Below, one piece after another: positions 11,125-22,030 of a stretch of DNA of 36,726 nucleotides. The notes under the pieces were generated by a model. The model did no database searches. It saw only the letters and a list, made by a program, of their open reading frames with translations, and had not been told where the DNA came from. The stretch's first letter is position 1, and each line of letters begins with the position of its first letter. The stretch comes from Octopus bimaculoides (lineage: Eukaryota): assembly GCF_001194135.2 (NCBI RefSeq), contig NC_068982.1, positions 163,617,860-163,654,585 of the forward strand, written 5' to 3'. The translations under genes were made by a program, and so were the position numbers.

Positions 11125-11752
11125 TACATATATATATCTGAACCTTCAGACAAATATGTCTATAATTGATTTATACAAGCACTGCATGGCATGAAGAAAG
11201 GGAAAGGTAAACTTACAAGCATATGCTCTTAATAAACTAAGAATTTTACGAGTTTCTTCTATCTCTGGTCAGAATAATGAAGATTGATCTGATGGGTTTC
11301 AATATTTATTAAAAATCACATTGTAGATACATTACTCATTTTCTGTCCCACAGAGAGAACTAAACTGGTTTGCATAATTTGCATAACTGAAGAAAATGTA
11401 AAATAATGTATGTTTAATACAAATTCACGCATGCTTATGAGTTTATCGAACACCTGTGTATGTAAATGTTGTTGGAGTAGCTGTGTGTATATATATGCTT
11501 GAGAGTATGCATTGATGTATTAGTTGTGTAGAACTACCCATGGCTGGCAGCAGCAAAGTTATCTACTATAAAGAACCATTACTTCTACAAACTAGTTCTT
11601 GTACATGTCACTAAACCTGGTTTGTACAGCTGGATACCCTTTCTATTGTCAACCACTTTACAGAATGTACTAGCTGCTTTTCTCATGGCACCAACACAAG
11701 AGATGTTGACTTGTACTCAGCAAGGCAGCTTAGCGATCATTAGCAAGACACT

Positions 11753-11915
11753 GGCGAGCTGGCAGAAACGTTAGTGCGCCGGACGAAGTGCTTAGCAGTA
11801 TTTCGCCCTTTCGGGGTTGATAGACTAAGTACCAGTTGTGTATCGGGGTCGATCTAATCAACTGGCCTCCTCCCCACAAAATTTCGGGCCTTGTGCCCAG
11901 AATAGCAAAGATTAT
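11753..11915 (+). mobile_element. tRNA-derived SINE (family B) with an internal deletion
   Basis: ggcgagctggcagaaacgttag...gtatttcg|ccctttcggggttgatag.... It lacks the middle segment present in the 33595 copy. Confidence 0.8.
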
Positions 11916-13040
11916 TTTTGACATCAAAACAATTTGTGCATGCATGCATGTATGTAGCTAGCTATATACATATATCTATACATACATATTCTATATATAT
12001 ATATATATATNNNNNNNNNNNNNNNNNNNNNNNNNNNNNNNNNNNNNNNNNNNNNNNNNNNNNNNNNNNNNNNNNNNNNNNNNNNNNNNNNNNNNNNNNN
12101 NNNNNNNNNNNNNNNNNNNNNNNNNNNNNNNNNNNNNNNNNNNNNNNNNNNNNNNNNNNNNNNNNNNNNNNNNNNNNNNNNNNNNNNNNNNNNNNNNNNN
12201 NNNNNNNNNNNNNNNNNNNNNNNNNNNNATGCATGTAAATGTACCTATTATATATATATATATTTATACATAGTATACATAGTAGGCACACACACACTCG
12301 TAAAAATTCCTCAAATATATTTTGAATGTATTTTCATTAAAGACAATAAAAACTACTCAACAGCTATAGAAGGAAAGCAATAATGTCTTTTATATATATG
12401 TGCGTGTGTGTGTGTTAAATATACAATGAAAACTGAATTAAAAATGAATGGAGGCATGCATATTGTAAAGGGATATATATTTTCCCCTGGATGTTATAAT
12501 GTTTTTTTCTGAGATAAACGCATGTAAATAAAGACAGACATGTATTCACATCATCAGCAGGGCACCAAACTGAATTTGCTTAATATAGATTTGTTTATGT
12601 TATGAAGCAAAATATAACCTATTGTTAACACATCTGAAATTACGTAAATTTTAAGCAAGATGCTTTAGGGATAGCTATGTATATACATATAAGCTTTTAC
12701 ATAAGTACATTAATATATATGCAAATATATGCATACATATATGTGCATAAATGTGAGAGGGAGAGACTTACACACATACGTGCATATATGCATACACGCA
12801 CGCACACACACACAAACATTATTGCCTCTCTACTTTTGCCATTTCTCTGGTTAAGGAACCATAGAAATAATGTTTATGTGATTAATTAACTCCATTTTCC
12901 ACCATCATCACTGCCATAGCTATATATATATCTACACTGATGTCATAAATTTAACTATACATACACACGTACATATAGATAGATATACTTTTGTACGTAT
13001 ATAAAGATAGATAGACAGATATACTTTTACAAAGACAACT

Positions 13041-13124
13041 TTGATAGTGACTTCGAAGTTTCGGCTTGGTAGCCCTCATTAGACAGTCTGACGAAAGCGA
13101 GCAAAACTTCGAAGCCACTATTAA
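13041..13124. repeat. Compact inverted pair of minimal hammerhead-like motifs
   Basis: Minus copy: CTAATGA GGGC TACCAA GCC GAAAC TTCGAA GTC ACTATC. Plus copy: GACAGT CTGACGA AAGCGAGC AAAAC TTCGAA GCC ACTATT. The outer arms differ at 3 of 23 positions. Confidence 0.6.
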
Positions 13125-14289
13125 ACTTATCGTAGTAAAAACGATTAACTATTAAGTAATCCTTCAGTTTGATGTTAAATTGATTTTTTAAATATAAAAT
13201 TTGACATAAAAACAAACATTAATGTGTGTGTGTGTTTATGAGTGTTTGTGTGTGTGTGTGTNNNNNNNNNNNNNNNNNNNNNNNNNNNNNNNNNNNNNNN
13301 NNNNNNNNNNNNNNNNNNNNNNNNNNNNNNNNNNNNNNNNNNNNNNNNNNNNNNNNNNNNNNNNNNNNNNNNNNNNNNNNNNNNNNNNNNNNNNNNNNNN
13401 NNNNNNNNNNNNNNNNNNNNNNNNNNNNNNNNNNNNNNNNNNNNNNNNNNNNNNNNNNNNNNNNNNNNNNNNNNNNNNNNNNNNNNNNNNNNNNNNNNNN
13501 NNNNNNNNNNNNNNCAGCTTTATTGGCATTTGAATGGTACGAGGGTAATAACAAATGGCACATCCCTTGTCCAGATGACTGGTAGAATAACACAACCGGG
13601 GAATTATCATTTCGGCATTCTTCTTTATAGGCACTTTAAAGTTGGTACAGATTGCATGTGCCTAAAATATGTCTGAGAAATTCAGGACGAATGTGTGCGT
13701 GAAGTATTTTAGCTTTAACGTTTTACTTTAGATGTTAAAAACAAATCTCACCACTCCAAATTATAAAGGATATGTTCATGTGTGTGTAAGCTGTACAAAC
13801 ATGTATGTATGTATGTACACATCCACTCAACAGCTTTATACAGTAAGAATACGTCCAATTACCCGCACACACCAGATATATACATGCATAGTTCACACAT
13901 GACCAATCAATTAACCGCATATACGAGAGTAATCTATAATTACACAAGATATATAGCGTCAAACGTAAATAAGTCAGAAAGTTAGACAGAATGACAAGTC
14001 TCCATACAATTAATTATAATAGAAATATAAAGTTACAGAAAGATGTACAAAGTTGCGCGCGCGCGCGCACACACACACACACACGTAATCGAAATATACT
14101 GATTTACATTCAATTACGCATAGTCATATGTAATTAAATACATGCAATCACATAAATAGGTACCTCAGACACACCTGTTGTCATTCACATAGTGATGCTG
14201 ATTAAAGGAGTATTCCTAACGAAAAAGCAAACAAAGACACTGTTATTCTAATTTACAATGGTTATAACAGAACTGGAGGCAAGTTGAGT

Positions 14290-14520
14290 GGATGATCTAG
14301 CTTAAAGCCATAGAGCAATGCCTGTGGCTGTCCATGAACTCGTCATAACTTAGGAGGAAGGAATTAGATATCTTCCTCAGTTGACAAACAATATCCCAAA
14401 TTTTGGCAGGGTGGTGACAGGTGGGATCAAGATCAGAATTTGTTACGTGAAGACTCAGATATAGGAGGTAAAAGATGGATACAAAGTTGTGGTGTTTATA
14501 CTTTCCCAAGGTCAATGAAT
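14290..14520 (-). mobile_element. Possible piggyBac-like transposase relic
   Basis: The translation LHVTNSDLDPT..AKIWDIV...LLSYDEFMDSHRHCS, then GFKL after a frameshift, resembles the piggyBac LHF.DN..LD...K.RP...LSVDESM...RH...GFK segment. Similarity is weak. Confidence 0.35.
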
Positions 14521-15228
14521 TAGTAGAAAACAAAGCATTAGAATGATAGACACGAAAAAGCTTAAATGGGAAGTGACAACATTGATTATTTGTCGAGAGC
14601 ATTGATAGGATTTAGGAATCATTTCTTGCCTAGGAATACAATAATACATCTATTACAGGAATAGGGGGGAAGGGTTGTAGTGTTGTTAATGCTCTCCCAA
14701 GGACACTGGAGATAATTTGATAATGAATTCTTATATTACAACATGTTTTGATGCTTGATCAACCTTAAGTATTTAACAGGTACTTATTTACTAAACTCCA
14801 GAATATAAAAGGCAAACTTCTTTTGGAGGGATTTGGGCTCAAAACGTAAACAGATGTTTACGTCAAATACCTTGTAGGTATTTTGTCCAATGCGCTCTAC
14901 TACTTCTACCCTTCCCCAATAAAATGATCTGAAGATGGAGTAGAACTAAAGTGTAGAGCAGTGAAAGGGTTAAGTTAGAAAGACGGAGGAAGGAATATGG
15001 CAAAGTAATAGGGAAGATGGAGAAAGAATGGTCAGAAGTACGCACACACATTCAAAATCATGCACGCACTTCTACGTATCACGTACAAATATCTACACCT
15101 TTATTTTGTTAAAGATACTTTATACGGTATCCACTCACTCACATACGTACATACGTAACATATGTACGTGCATACGTACATATATATATATATGCACACA
15201 TATATATGTACATACATACATACATTCT

Positions 15229-15266
<38 letters not shown>

Positions 15267-16029
15267 TACATACATTTATATACGTATGTGCATACATAAC
15301 ATACAAATATATATGCACAGGCACATTTTAATGTATATGTATGTGTGTATATATGTATATACGTGTTATGATAGCCTGTACGCGTGTGTGTGTAAACATG
15401 CGTACAGACTAACATAATCACCAAGATCCATATTGATATCAGACATACACACAGCCAGAGTTTTGTCACTTATATCAATATTTACATAAAGGCAGTGGCA
15501 TTTGGTAGCATTAGAGGGAATGATAGCCAACTTACATATCCCTACCACCTTAGCAAAGTGGGACAAAGTAGCGGGGATCGTGTGGAAAAGGGGGACAGAA
15601 CAAAGTTGGCAAAGGAGTTTGATAGGTTCACATGACAATGATGATATTTGTGGTGATGATGATGATAAATTTAATACAAACATAAATAGGGGAATTTGAG
15701 AGGGAGTCTGAGGCAGAGAGAAAGACAAACTGATTGGCAAAGATTAAGAAAAAAGCTAGAATGAGGTAGATAGAGCTGGAAAGAAAATTTGTAGACTTAA
15801 AAGATACAATCGAGAAGAAAAGGAAAAAGGTAGGGGTGGGGGAGTAAAAAAAGACAATGGAATGGAGAGTAAATTGAGAAGACAAAGAAAAAATACAGGA
15901 ATAATTCCTTTTCAAAACGTAGGGTTCCTGAGAGCAAGGGATTAATCTCACTTTCATGAAATAAACATAAGAGATAAATATATTGGAGTGTGTGTGCGCA
16001 TATATATATATATATATGGGAGAATGTAC

Positions 16030-16200
16030 GAAAAAACAACAACAGACGAGGACAGGTGGTGTAAATAACAAAAAGATGTATTAGTATGACGCTCAGGAAT
16101 ACGGAAAGTCTTTGACGTTTCGAGCTACGCTCTTCAACAGAAAGAATACGGAGACAAGGAGAAAAACACGGAGACAGGCTCGTCTAGCCTGAGATACTCT
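16030..16200 (-). mobile_element. Penelope-like LTR fragment with a degenerate minimal hammerhead
   Basis: Minus strand TTGAAGA G CGTAGCT C GAAAC GTCAAAGAC (core 16137-16117), with C3 replaced by U and a stem III mismatch. Confidence 0.5.
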
Positions 16201-16399
16201 CCAAAATCACACCTTCATAACTTAAAAAAAAGATGCGGCACAAGCAACAAAGCCATATATATAAGCAAGACAGATCAGATCAGACGTGAGACTCATAACA
16301 TCAACAACAAACGACGGATGTCTGCAATCGACAACAATTTTCATGTACTATAGCTACCTTTCTGACAATCAGGTGAACTTAATGTGAAATAATAGTTCT

Positions 16400-16485
16400 G
16401 TTTAATAGTCAACGAAGCGCTCGCAGCGGATTCGAACTCGTAAATCAAGTATCGGGTCTGTTTTATTCTACTTGGCCATTCCATT
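16400..16485 (-). mobile_element. tRNA-like SINE head
   Basis: Minus strand A-box-like TGGCCAAGTAG and B-box GAGTTCGAATCC, without a complete cloverleaf. Confidence 0.5.
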
Positions 16486-17194
16486 TTCACAGATACTGGC
16501 GATAATTAGCAAGGGAAGGAAAGGAGAGTTTGAGAGAAAAGGAGATGGAGAGAAAGAGGAGCTTGGTGAAAAACATAAAAGAAAAAGAAAGTTTATAAAC
16601 AGAGAGGGGTAAGTTTATAAGAGGGAAAAAAAATAAATAAGAGAGGAAAGAAGTGAGAGCGGGAAATTGCAAAACATTGACAATAGAAGAGATTGAATAA
16701 GACATGTTGTGTATTATCGAGAGCCGGGTGGGCGGTTGATGCGTTATACACACTATAGAGAGGGATGGAGTAGAGGGTAGGACTGTTATCGAAAGGTGAG
16801 ACCGAGTCTGTATTGTCTGTGTTGAGGTCACGTCACCAGTGTGTATGTGTATGATTGTACACATGTATAAAGACAGTTTACGCGTAGTCCATGTTTAACT
16901 GAGTACACGTCACCATGTACAAGTAACAAGACATGCACATAACAATGTGGTAATATATATGCGAGTGAAAAAAAAAACGTATACGTATTTATAGACATGC
17001 ATTTGTGTATACGTATATATATTTAACCTTTAACCCTATATTTATATATGCACACTAATTATATATATATATGCACACACACATACATACACATAAACAC
17101 ACACATTAATTCTCTATATATTTATGTATATATTGATTAATTAATTGATTGGTTTGATTTGATTTCAAATAAATAGGCACAAAGCATAGGCATC

Positions 17195-17335
17195 AAATTT
17201 TGCGAAGAGGTGTAGTCATTTATATCGATCTTGCTCTGGTGCCTTATTTTACCGACACTGGAAGGATGAAAGGCAAATTTGATCACAGCGGGATTTGAAC
17301 TCAGAACGTGCCGTTGCTAAATGCTGCAATCTGAC
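17195..17335 (-). mobile_element. Degraded SINE (family B)
   Basis: gaaggatgaaaggcaaatttgatcacagcgggatttgaactcagaacg, the reverse complement of the family B body. Confidence 0.7.
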
Positions 17336-17683
17336 GCTTTATATGTGTGCGTGTTGTATATACATATGCATAAACATGGCAGAGAACAGTTCACATGTGT
17401 ATGAATACACGTATAAGTATAGTTTATCTGTGTGTATGACATCTAGAATACTTCTATACGGAAACAATTCATCTTTTCGTCTCAGTGACTATACACGTAT
17501 TTAAAAACAACTCCTACCAATTTACACACGCACACAAGTAGAAAAAAAAAAGCAAGTGAATGTTTATCAATGCCAATCATATTAATACGCATTGTCAGTG
17601 AATGTGTTAGATCAAATCGCAATAGTAAACATTTTATTCAGTCACACACACATACGATTTCATTAAAGATACATACGTGCGTA

Positions 17684-17735
<52 letters not shown>

Positions 17736-18086
17736 CAAACATAAGCTATATATATATCCAAACATAAGCTATCTTAAATTGCAAGCCGCTAAATGGAAAA
17801 TATTAATATTCTATATAAATTACTTTGTAACAATTAATTTACTTTCAGTAAGAAAACGTTTTCACTTATNNNNNNNNNNTTACTTTGTAACAATTAATTT
17901 ACTTTCAGTAAGAAAACGTTTTCACTTATTCGAATGTGTAAAAGGTCTTGGCTCTAGAGTTTTTGTTTTATTTAAAAAAAATTTTCTTGACATGTTTTAA
18001 CAAACTTCTAAGGCTTGCCTATTTATGTGTGCGTGTGTTTGTATTTAAATGAAAGGTTATACAAGTAAGATAGCGTTTGAAACTCC

Positions 18087-18121
<35 letters not shown>

Positions 18122-18579
18122 ATGAACATATGTGTGTGTGTATGTATACACACGCATATAAACAGAGAGAGGCTGGGAGAAAATGTAAACACGACAATTC
18201 TCAGGTAGAAAAAAATATGGTCACTGCAAAAGAATATATGGTATTATTTTCGACAGAATCTATATTATTCTTCCTTTCAAACTATATTTGCAAACTAACA
18301 CACATATCTAATAGGTTTTACAACTGTTTACCAACGAAATCTAGTACTGGACGGAAAGAGTGGGAGTGGGGGTTAAAGTGCAACAAACAGAAAGTGTCCT
18401 TTCTATTAGACGTCCGCCTAGACAATTAAGTTTATTTGGATCCAGTAGGAATATGCTTGGATTTGACGACGACATTGATAACAATAGTCTAATTAAAGAC
18501 CTTGTTATCATTAATGTCAACACAACTGCAATAATGAGGTTAAATGAATAAATGAATAAATAAAAACGTGAGCACCTAC

Positions 18580-19019
18580 CCGAAGTATAGATGCGACCTG
18601 TAAGTACCCCAGTAGCGATCAGGGTCCATCAGAGGAGACGTACTGTTTTCGGACAGCATCTTTGGAGAGTTCAAAGGAGTTCGCACAGTCATTTCCCGAA
18701 GATGGACAAGGTGTTGGTAATACAGCGCGACCGAGATGCTGACCACACTAAGAAGGACCAATAGCGCTTTAGTAACAGCTGCACTGTCCGTCAGTCCGAA
18801 GGATGACCAGACACCTAAACGGCCGGCCGAAGCCGGGCAGCGTCGATGTTTACTTTTCCCATTGTTACTACCGTTTCCACCATTGTTATGATGTCCATTG
18901 CTGTGAGAAGAACCAGCAACTATTGCAGATCCACCCAAGTGGTGCATTTGGACAGTAGGATCCCTATCTTTGTCACCACTTGCTAAGCGTCGACGGGTAT
19001 CCTTGCTATTACGAGCCAT
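18580..19019 (-). CDS. MOGS: Mannosyl-oligosaccharide glucosidase (ER glucosidase I, GH63), first coding exon
   Basis: The ORF begins MARNSKDTRRR (Arg-rich N-terminus), has a TM segment ALLVLLSVVSISVALYY, then RTPLNSPK...PDRYWGTYRSHLYFG, matching the MOGS motif (F/Y)WGTYRP.(V/L)YFG. The start context is ACAATGG. The exon ends at a phase-2 donor TTC GG|GTAGGT (GT at 18579-18578). Confidence 0.93.
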
Positions 19020-19400
19020 TGTTGATCCTTAGTAAGTGATAAACCTTTGAAAACAAATTAATATGTTGTCCACAGTGTATGTATGTATATAAGAAAGAGT
19101 GTGTATGTGTGTACTTTGTATATGTACAGGATGTAATATTTTATTTTACTTTTTTTTTCTGATTATCCTACTTCGTCAAAAAGTAGTTTTGATAATTATA
19201 ATTAGCTTAATATTGGAATTGGGAGGGAAAAATCAAGTGTGGCTTTGTTGTTTATGTACGTGGAAGTTGTGGACAGTTGACACTTAAAAGTGGTTGTTTA
19301 AAAAACACAACAGCGACTCACTTTCATTCAACGTTACCTTTCTGGCACGTTATCAAACAAGTTTCCAGTTGGCTGACTTAGTTAAGTAAAATACACCACT
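19020..19400 (-). other. MOGS: MOGS 5'UTR splice architecture: acceptor just upstream of the ATG plus candidate upstream non-coding exon donors
   Basis: Minus-strand acceptor ttaatttgttttcaaag|G (AG at 19046-19045) lies 25 nt before the ATG. Candidate donors are AAA|GTGAGT (exon end 19322) and AAAG|GTAACG (exon end 19338). Confidence 0.5.
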
Positions 19401-19860
19401 CGGAAGTAGTATTAGTAGTGTCACGTTAGCTTCTGATGATAAAAGTGATAAAGAAGTGTTTTGTTTTTAGTTAACTAGCTTCCAGCTTCAGCAATATTCC
19501 ATCTGATGTGCTGGTCGGTTGTTATGTATTATTTGTTGATTAAACATGTTTCTATATAACTTATAATCTATTATTTGGTTTAGTGACTATCTCGCTTGTT
19601 AATAGAAACTAACCTCAGTATTTACTAGTGAGACAACAGCTTTCCAGCATGGAGATATCTGTCTATGTTGTTGTCGTCCAGCCAGACGTCAACTCACTAC
19701 TAAAACAGCAACAATGATACAGACCGCCGGAAGCCGGGCAACGTGTACAGCAGTAATCGCCGTGTTTTCACAGCCACCACTACTGCAACTTACACCGCTT
19801 ATGCTATTCTACTGTATCGTGATGATGGTGATTGCTCTTGTTGTTAGTGACGTAGGCACT
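19395..19860. promoter_or_regulatory. CpG-rich candidate (bidirectional) housekeeping promoter
   Basis: CpG is locally elevated against a CpG-poor background. ETS-like motifs CGGAAGT (19401-19407) and CCGGAAG (19727-19733) and CRE-like AGACGTCA (19684-19691) and TGACGTA (19848-19854) lie just upstream of MOGS. Confidence 0.5.
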
Positions 19861-19994
19861 AGTGGGAGGAGGTGTTTTCAACGGAGTGGGAGGGGCAATA
19901 ACATGGGAAAAGAGAGAGGGAGAGCTGGCGTAGTAACGGTGTTCATGGTAAAAAGTAGCGGCTGTGCTTTCCAAGCGCAGTCGTGACTTGCTCG

Positions 19995-20053
19995 ATGGGA
20001 GGTATAGAAGCCTGTCATTGTAGTGATCGAACGAAATTCCTTCTGTGCAGGAG
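19995..20053 (+). CDS. Candidate first coding exon of a divergent plus-strand gene (MGGIEACHCSDRTKFLLCR-R)
   Basis: ATG at 19995 in weak context; donor GAG|GTGAAT, phase 2, compatible with the exon at 20654-20702. No homology recognised. Confidence 0.25.
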
Positions 20054-20653
20054 GTGAATGTCATTGGAAGGAGGATACCTTATAATATACTATGACAACT
20101 TGCTTCAGCTTCGTGGCTGAATTACCGAAATTTTAGTAACTGACAGGGACGACCCTTAATACAGAAGGAGTGGCACACTAGTTTTAAAATCTCAAGCCTT
20201 TTCCCCCATTTAAAACGACGAAAAACAACAAATTAATTATTAATGAAGGGATTCGTTGTTGTTTAAATATTTAAAAAAGTCATGACATAATCACAACCAA
20301 TTCAAGAATAAAATTTAAATGACTTAAATCATTACTTCCCATAAAACAATCTTAAACATTGATAAATACAACCATTAAATAAATTGATAAAGCTATTAAT
20401 TGTTCCTGTCATTATTATTTCTTTTTAGAGAAAAACAATTTTACTAAAGTTTGATAAGAACGATTTACGTAAAATACATCCTAACTTGACGTAGGGACAC
20501 AAATAAATAAATGAATAAATAAATAAGGGAAGTAACTCTAATCCAGAAAAGTTTTATTAGAACTCTTTACTGTTTGGTAAAACACACACACACCCACACA
20601 CAGAGGCGAGATTTTCGTCGTCTGCTTCGCGATTGATTTTTGTTACCTTTCAG

Positions 20654-20702
20654 GAATAAAAGATATTACAGAATTGTTACAATTTTCTTTTTAATTTTTG
20701 GA
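20654..20702 (+). CDS. Candidate internal exon (NKRYYRIVTIFFLIFG), or a non-coding exon
   Basis: Acceptor ttgatttttgttacctttcag|G and donor GGA|GTAAGT. Only one of three frames is open. Confidence 0.3.
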
Positions 20703-21366
20703 GTAAGTAGAACATCTGCTTCCTGAACATTTGAGTTTATAGATTTAATTTCTGTTTTCTTATGATGTGTCTTATCTATATTCATGATTCAACTGTTAAT
20801 AATTGTTTTTGTTAATGCTTGCCTAATTTAAATATTTATAGTATATATTGTGACTTGCACGCATTGAGCAAGAAATAGGCTTTCCTGAAACCGCTACTCG
20901 AACGTGGTTTCAGTTCTAGAATGAAGCATTTCACTTCATTTACACTGCTTAATGCCCTTGGAAAAGGTATGAAGGTCACGACTCACTATTTCTCCTCTCC
21001 TAAATGAATAGGGGTTTGAGCCTAGTGAAGTATATAAGCCAATATTCGTTGAATAAAACACACATTTATTTCAGGAAGTGAAGTTATTGTTATTCTGACT
21101 AGTTATATACAACATCCTGGTTAGATAAACAGTATTTAGCCTTGATTTTCAGTGTTCCAATTGTGTTATAAATTAAATAGTAAGTCATAATCAATAGTAA
21201 TCAATTTTACTTTTTGCTCTGACATTGTTGTTCTAGAGATTAAATGAACAAATTTCTAACTCAGTACGCTACCTATTCATTACTCATGAGTTTAAATATT
21301 TTGCAGTCAGGTTTGCCCACATCAAAGAAACTTAGGATCAAAAATATCTCAAGCATGACAATCCTG

Positions 21367-21452
21367 TCATCATCATCATCATCATCATCGTTTAACGTCT
21401 GCTTTCCAATCTGATTTCGCAGAGTTTCTACAGCTGGATGCCCTTCCTAACG
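21367..21452 (-). mobile_element. Young RTE-tail element with an internal deletion
   Basis: (CAT)n cgtttaacgtctgctttcc|aatctgatttcgcagagtttctacagctggatgccc. About 60 bp are missing relative to the 21735 copy, with TCCA microhomology at the junction. Confidence 0.75.
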
Positions 21453-21734
21453 TCAAATATTTAAAAATATTAAAAAATATTTTTTGTTCACAATGTTTAT
21501 CAAGGACTCGATTATTCGTTAAGTCCTTGAGATTTTAATGCAGTAAGTTGTAATTTAAAAGAGATTTCACTGTTATCTCTTGCAAATTGAACCATTGCAT
21601 AATGAATTCCTTATTGGCTCATATTATCATCTTCTTGCCTCTTGATAGGACTCAAATAGACATCAGCTCTTCTGGAAATTTTGATTCTGAAAGACTGGTG
21701 CACTAACTAAGAAGCAATTCAATGCTAATTCACA

Positions 21735-22030
21735 TCATCATCATCATCATCATCATCGTTTAACGTCCGCTTTCCATGCTAGCATGGGTTGGACGATTTG
21801 ACTGAGGACTGGTGAAACCAGATGGCTACACCAGGCTCCAATCTGATTTGGCAGAGTTTCTACAGCTGGATGCCCTTCCTAACGCCAACCACTCAGAGAG
21901 TGTAGTAGGTGCTTTTATGTGTCACCTGCACGAGGGCCAGTCAGGCGGTACTGGCAACGGCCACACTCAAAATGGTGTATTTTATGTGCCACCCGCACAA
22001 GAGCCAGTCCAGGGGCACTGGCAACGATCA
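21735..22030 (-). mobile_element. Young RTE-tail element
   Basis: Near-identical to 3898-4085 and 34856-35024. Confidence 0.85.

Noticed and set aside
13515-13625. Minus-strand frame containing RNDNSPVV as a possible MOGS exon 2
   Set aside because: The phase fits, but the expected KTRSP and GLMW are absent and the acceptor is poor; judged coincidental.
14871-14928. Exon-like minus-strand segment SFYWGRVEVVERIGQNTYK, in phase with the MOGS donor
   Set aside because: The peptide is not MOGS-like and the acceptor derives from a purine-skewed tract. A faint resemblance to Gypsy integrase tails is too weak to call.
16400-16485. Possible tRNA gene
   Set aside because: It has A/B boxes but no complete cloverleaf, so it is treated as a SINE head, as are the other tRNA-like starts.
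17820-17929. Perfect 50-bp direct repeat either side of a 10-N gap
   Set aside because: Typical unmerged contig overlap, most likely an assembly artefact.
19714-20064. Overlapping ORFs 19714-19986 (+) and 19804-20064 (-)
   Set aside because: No recognisable homology; stop-codon scarcity is expected in a GC/CpG-richer promoter or UTR region.
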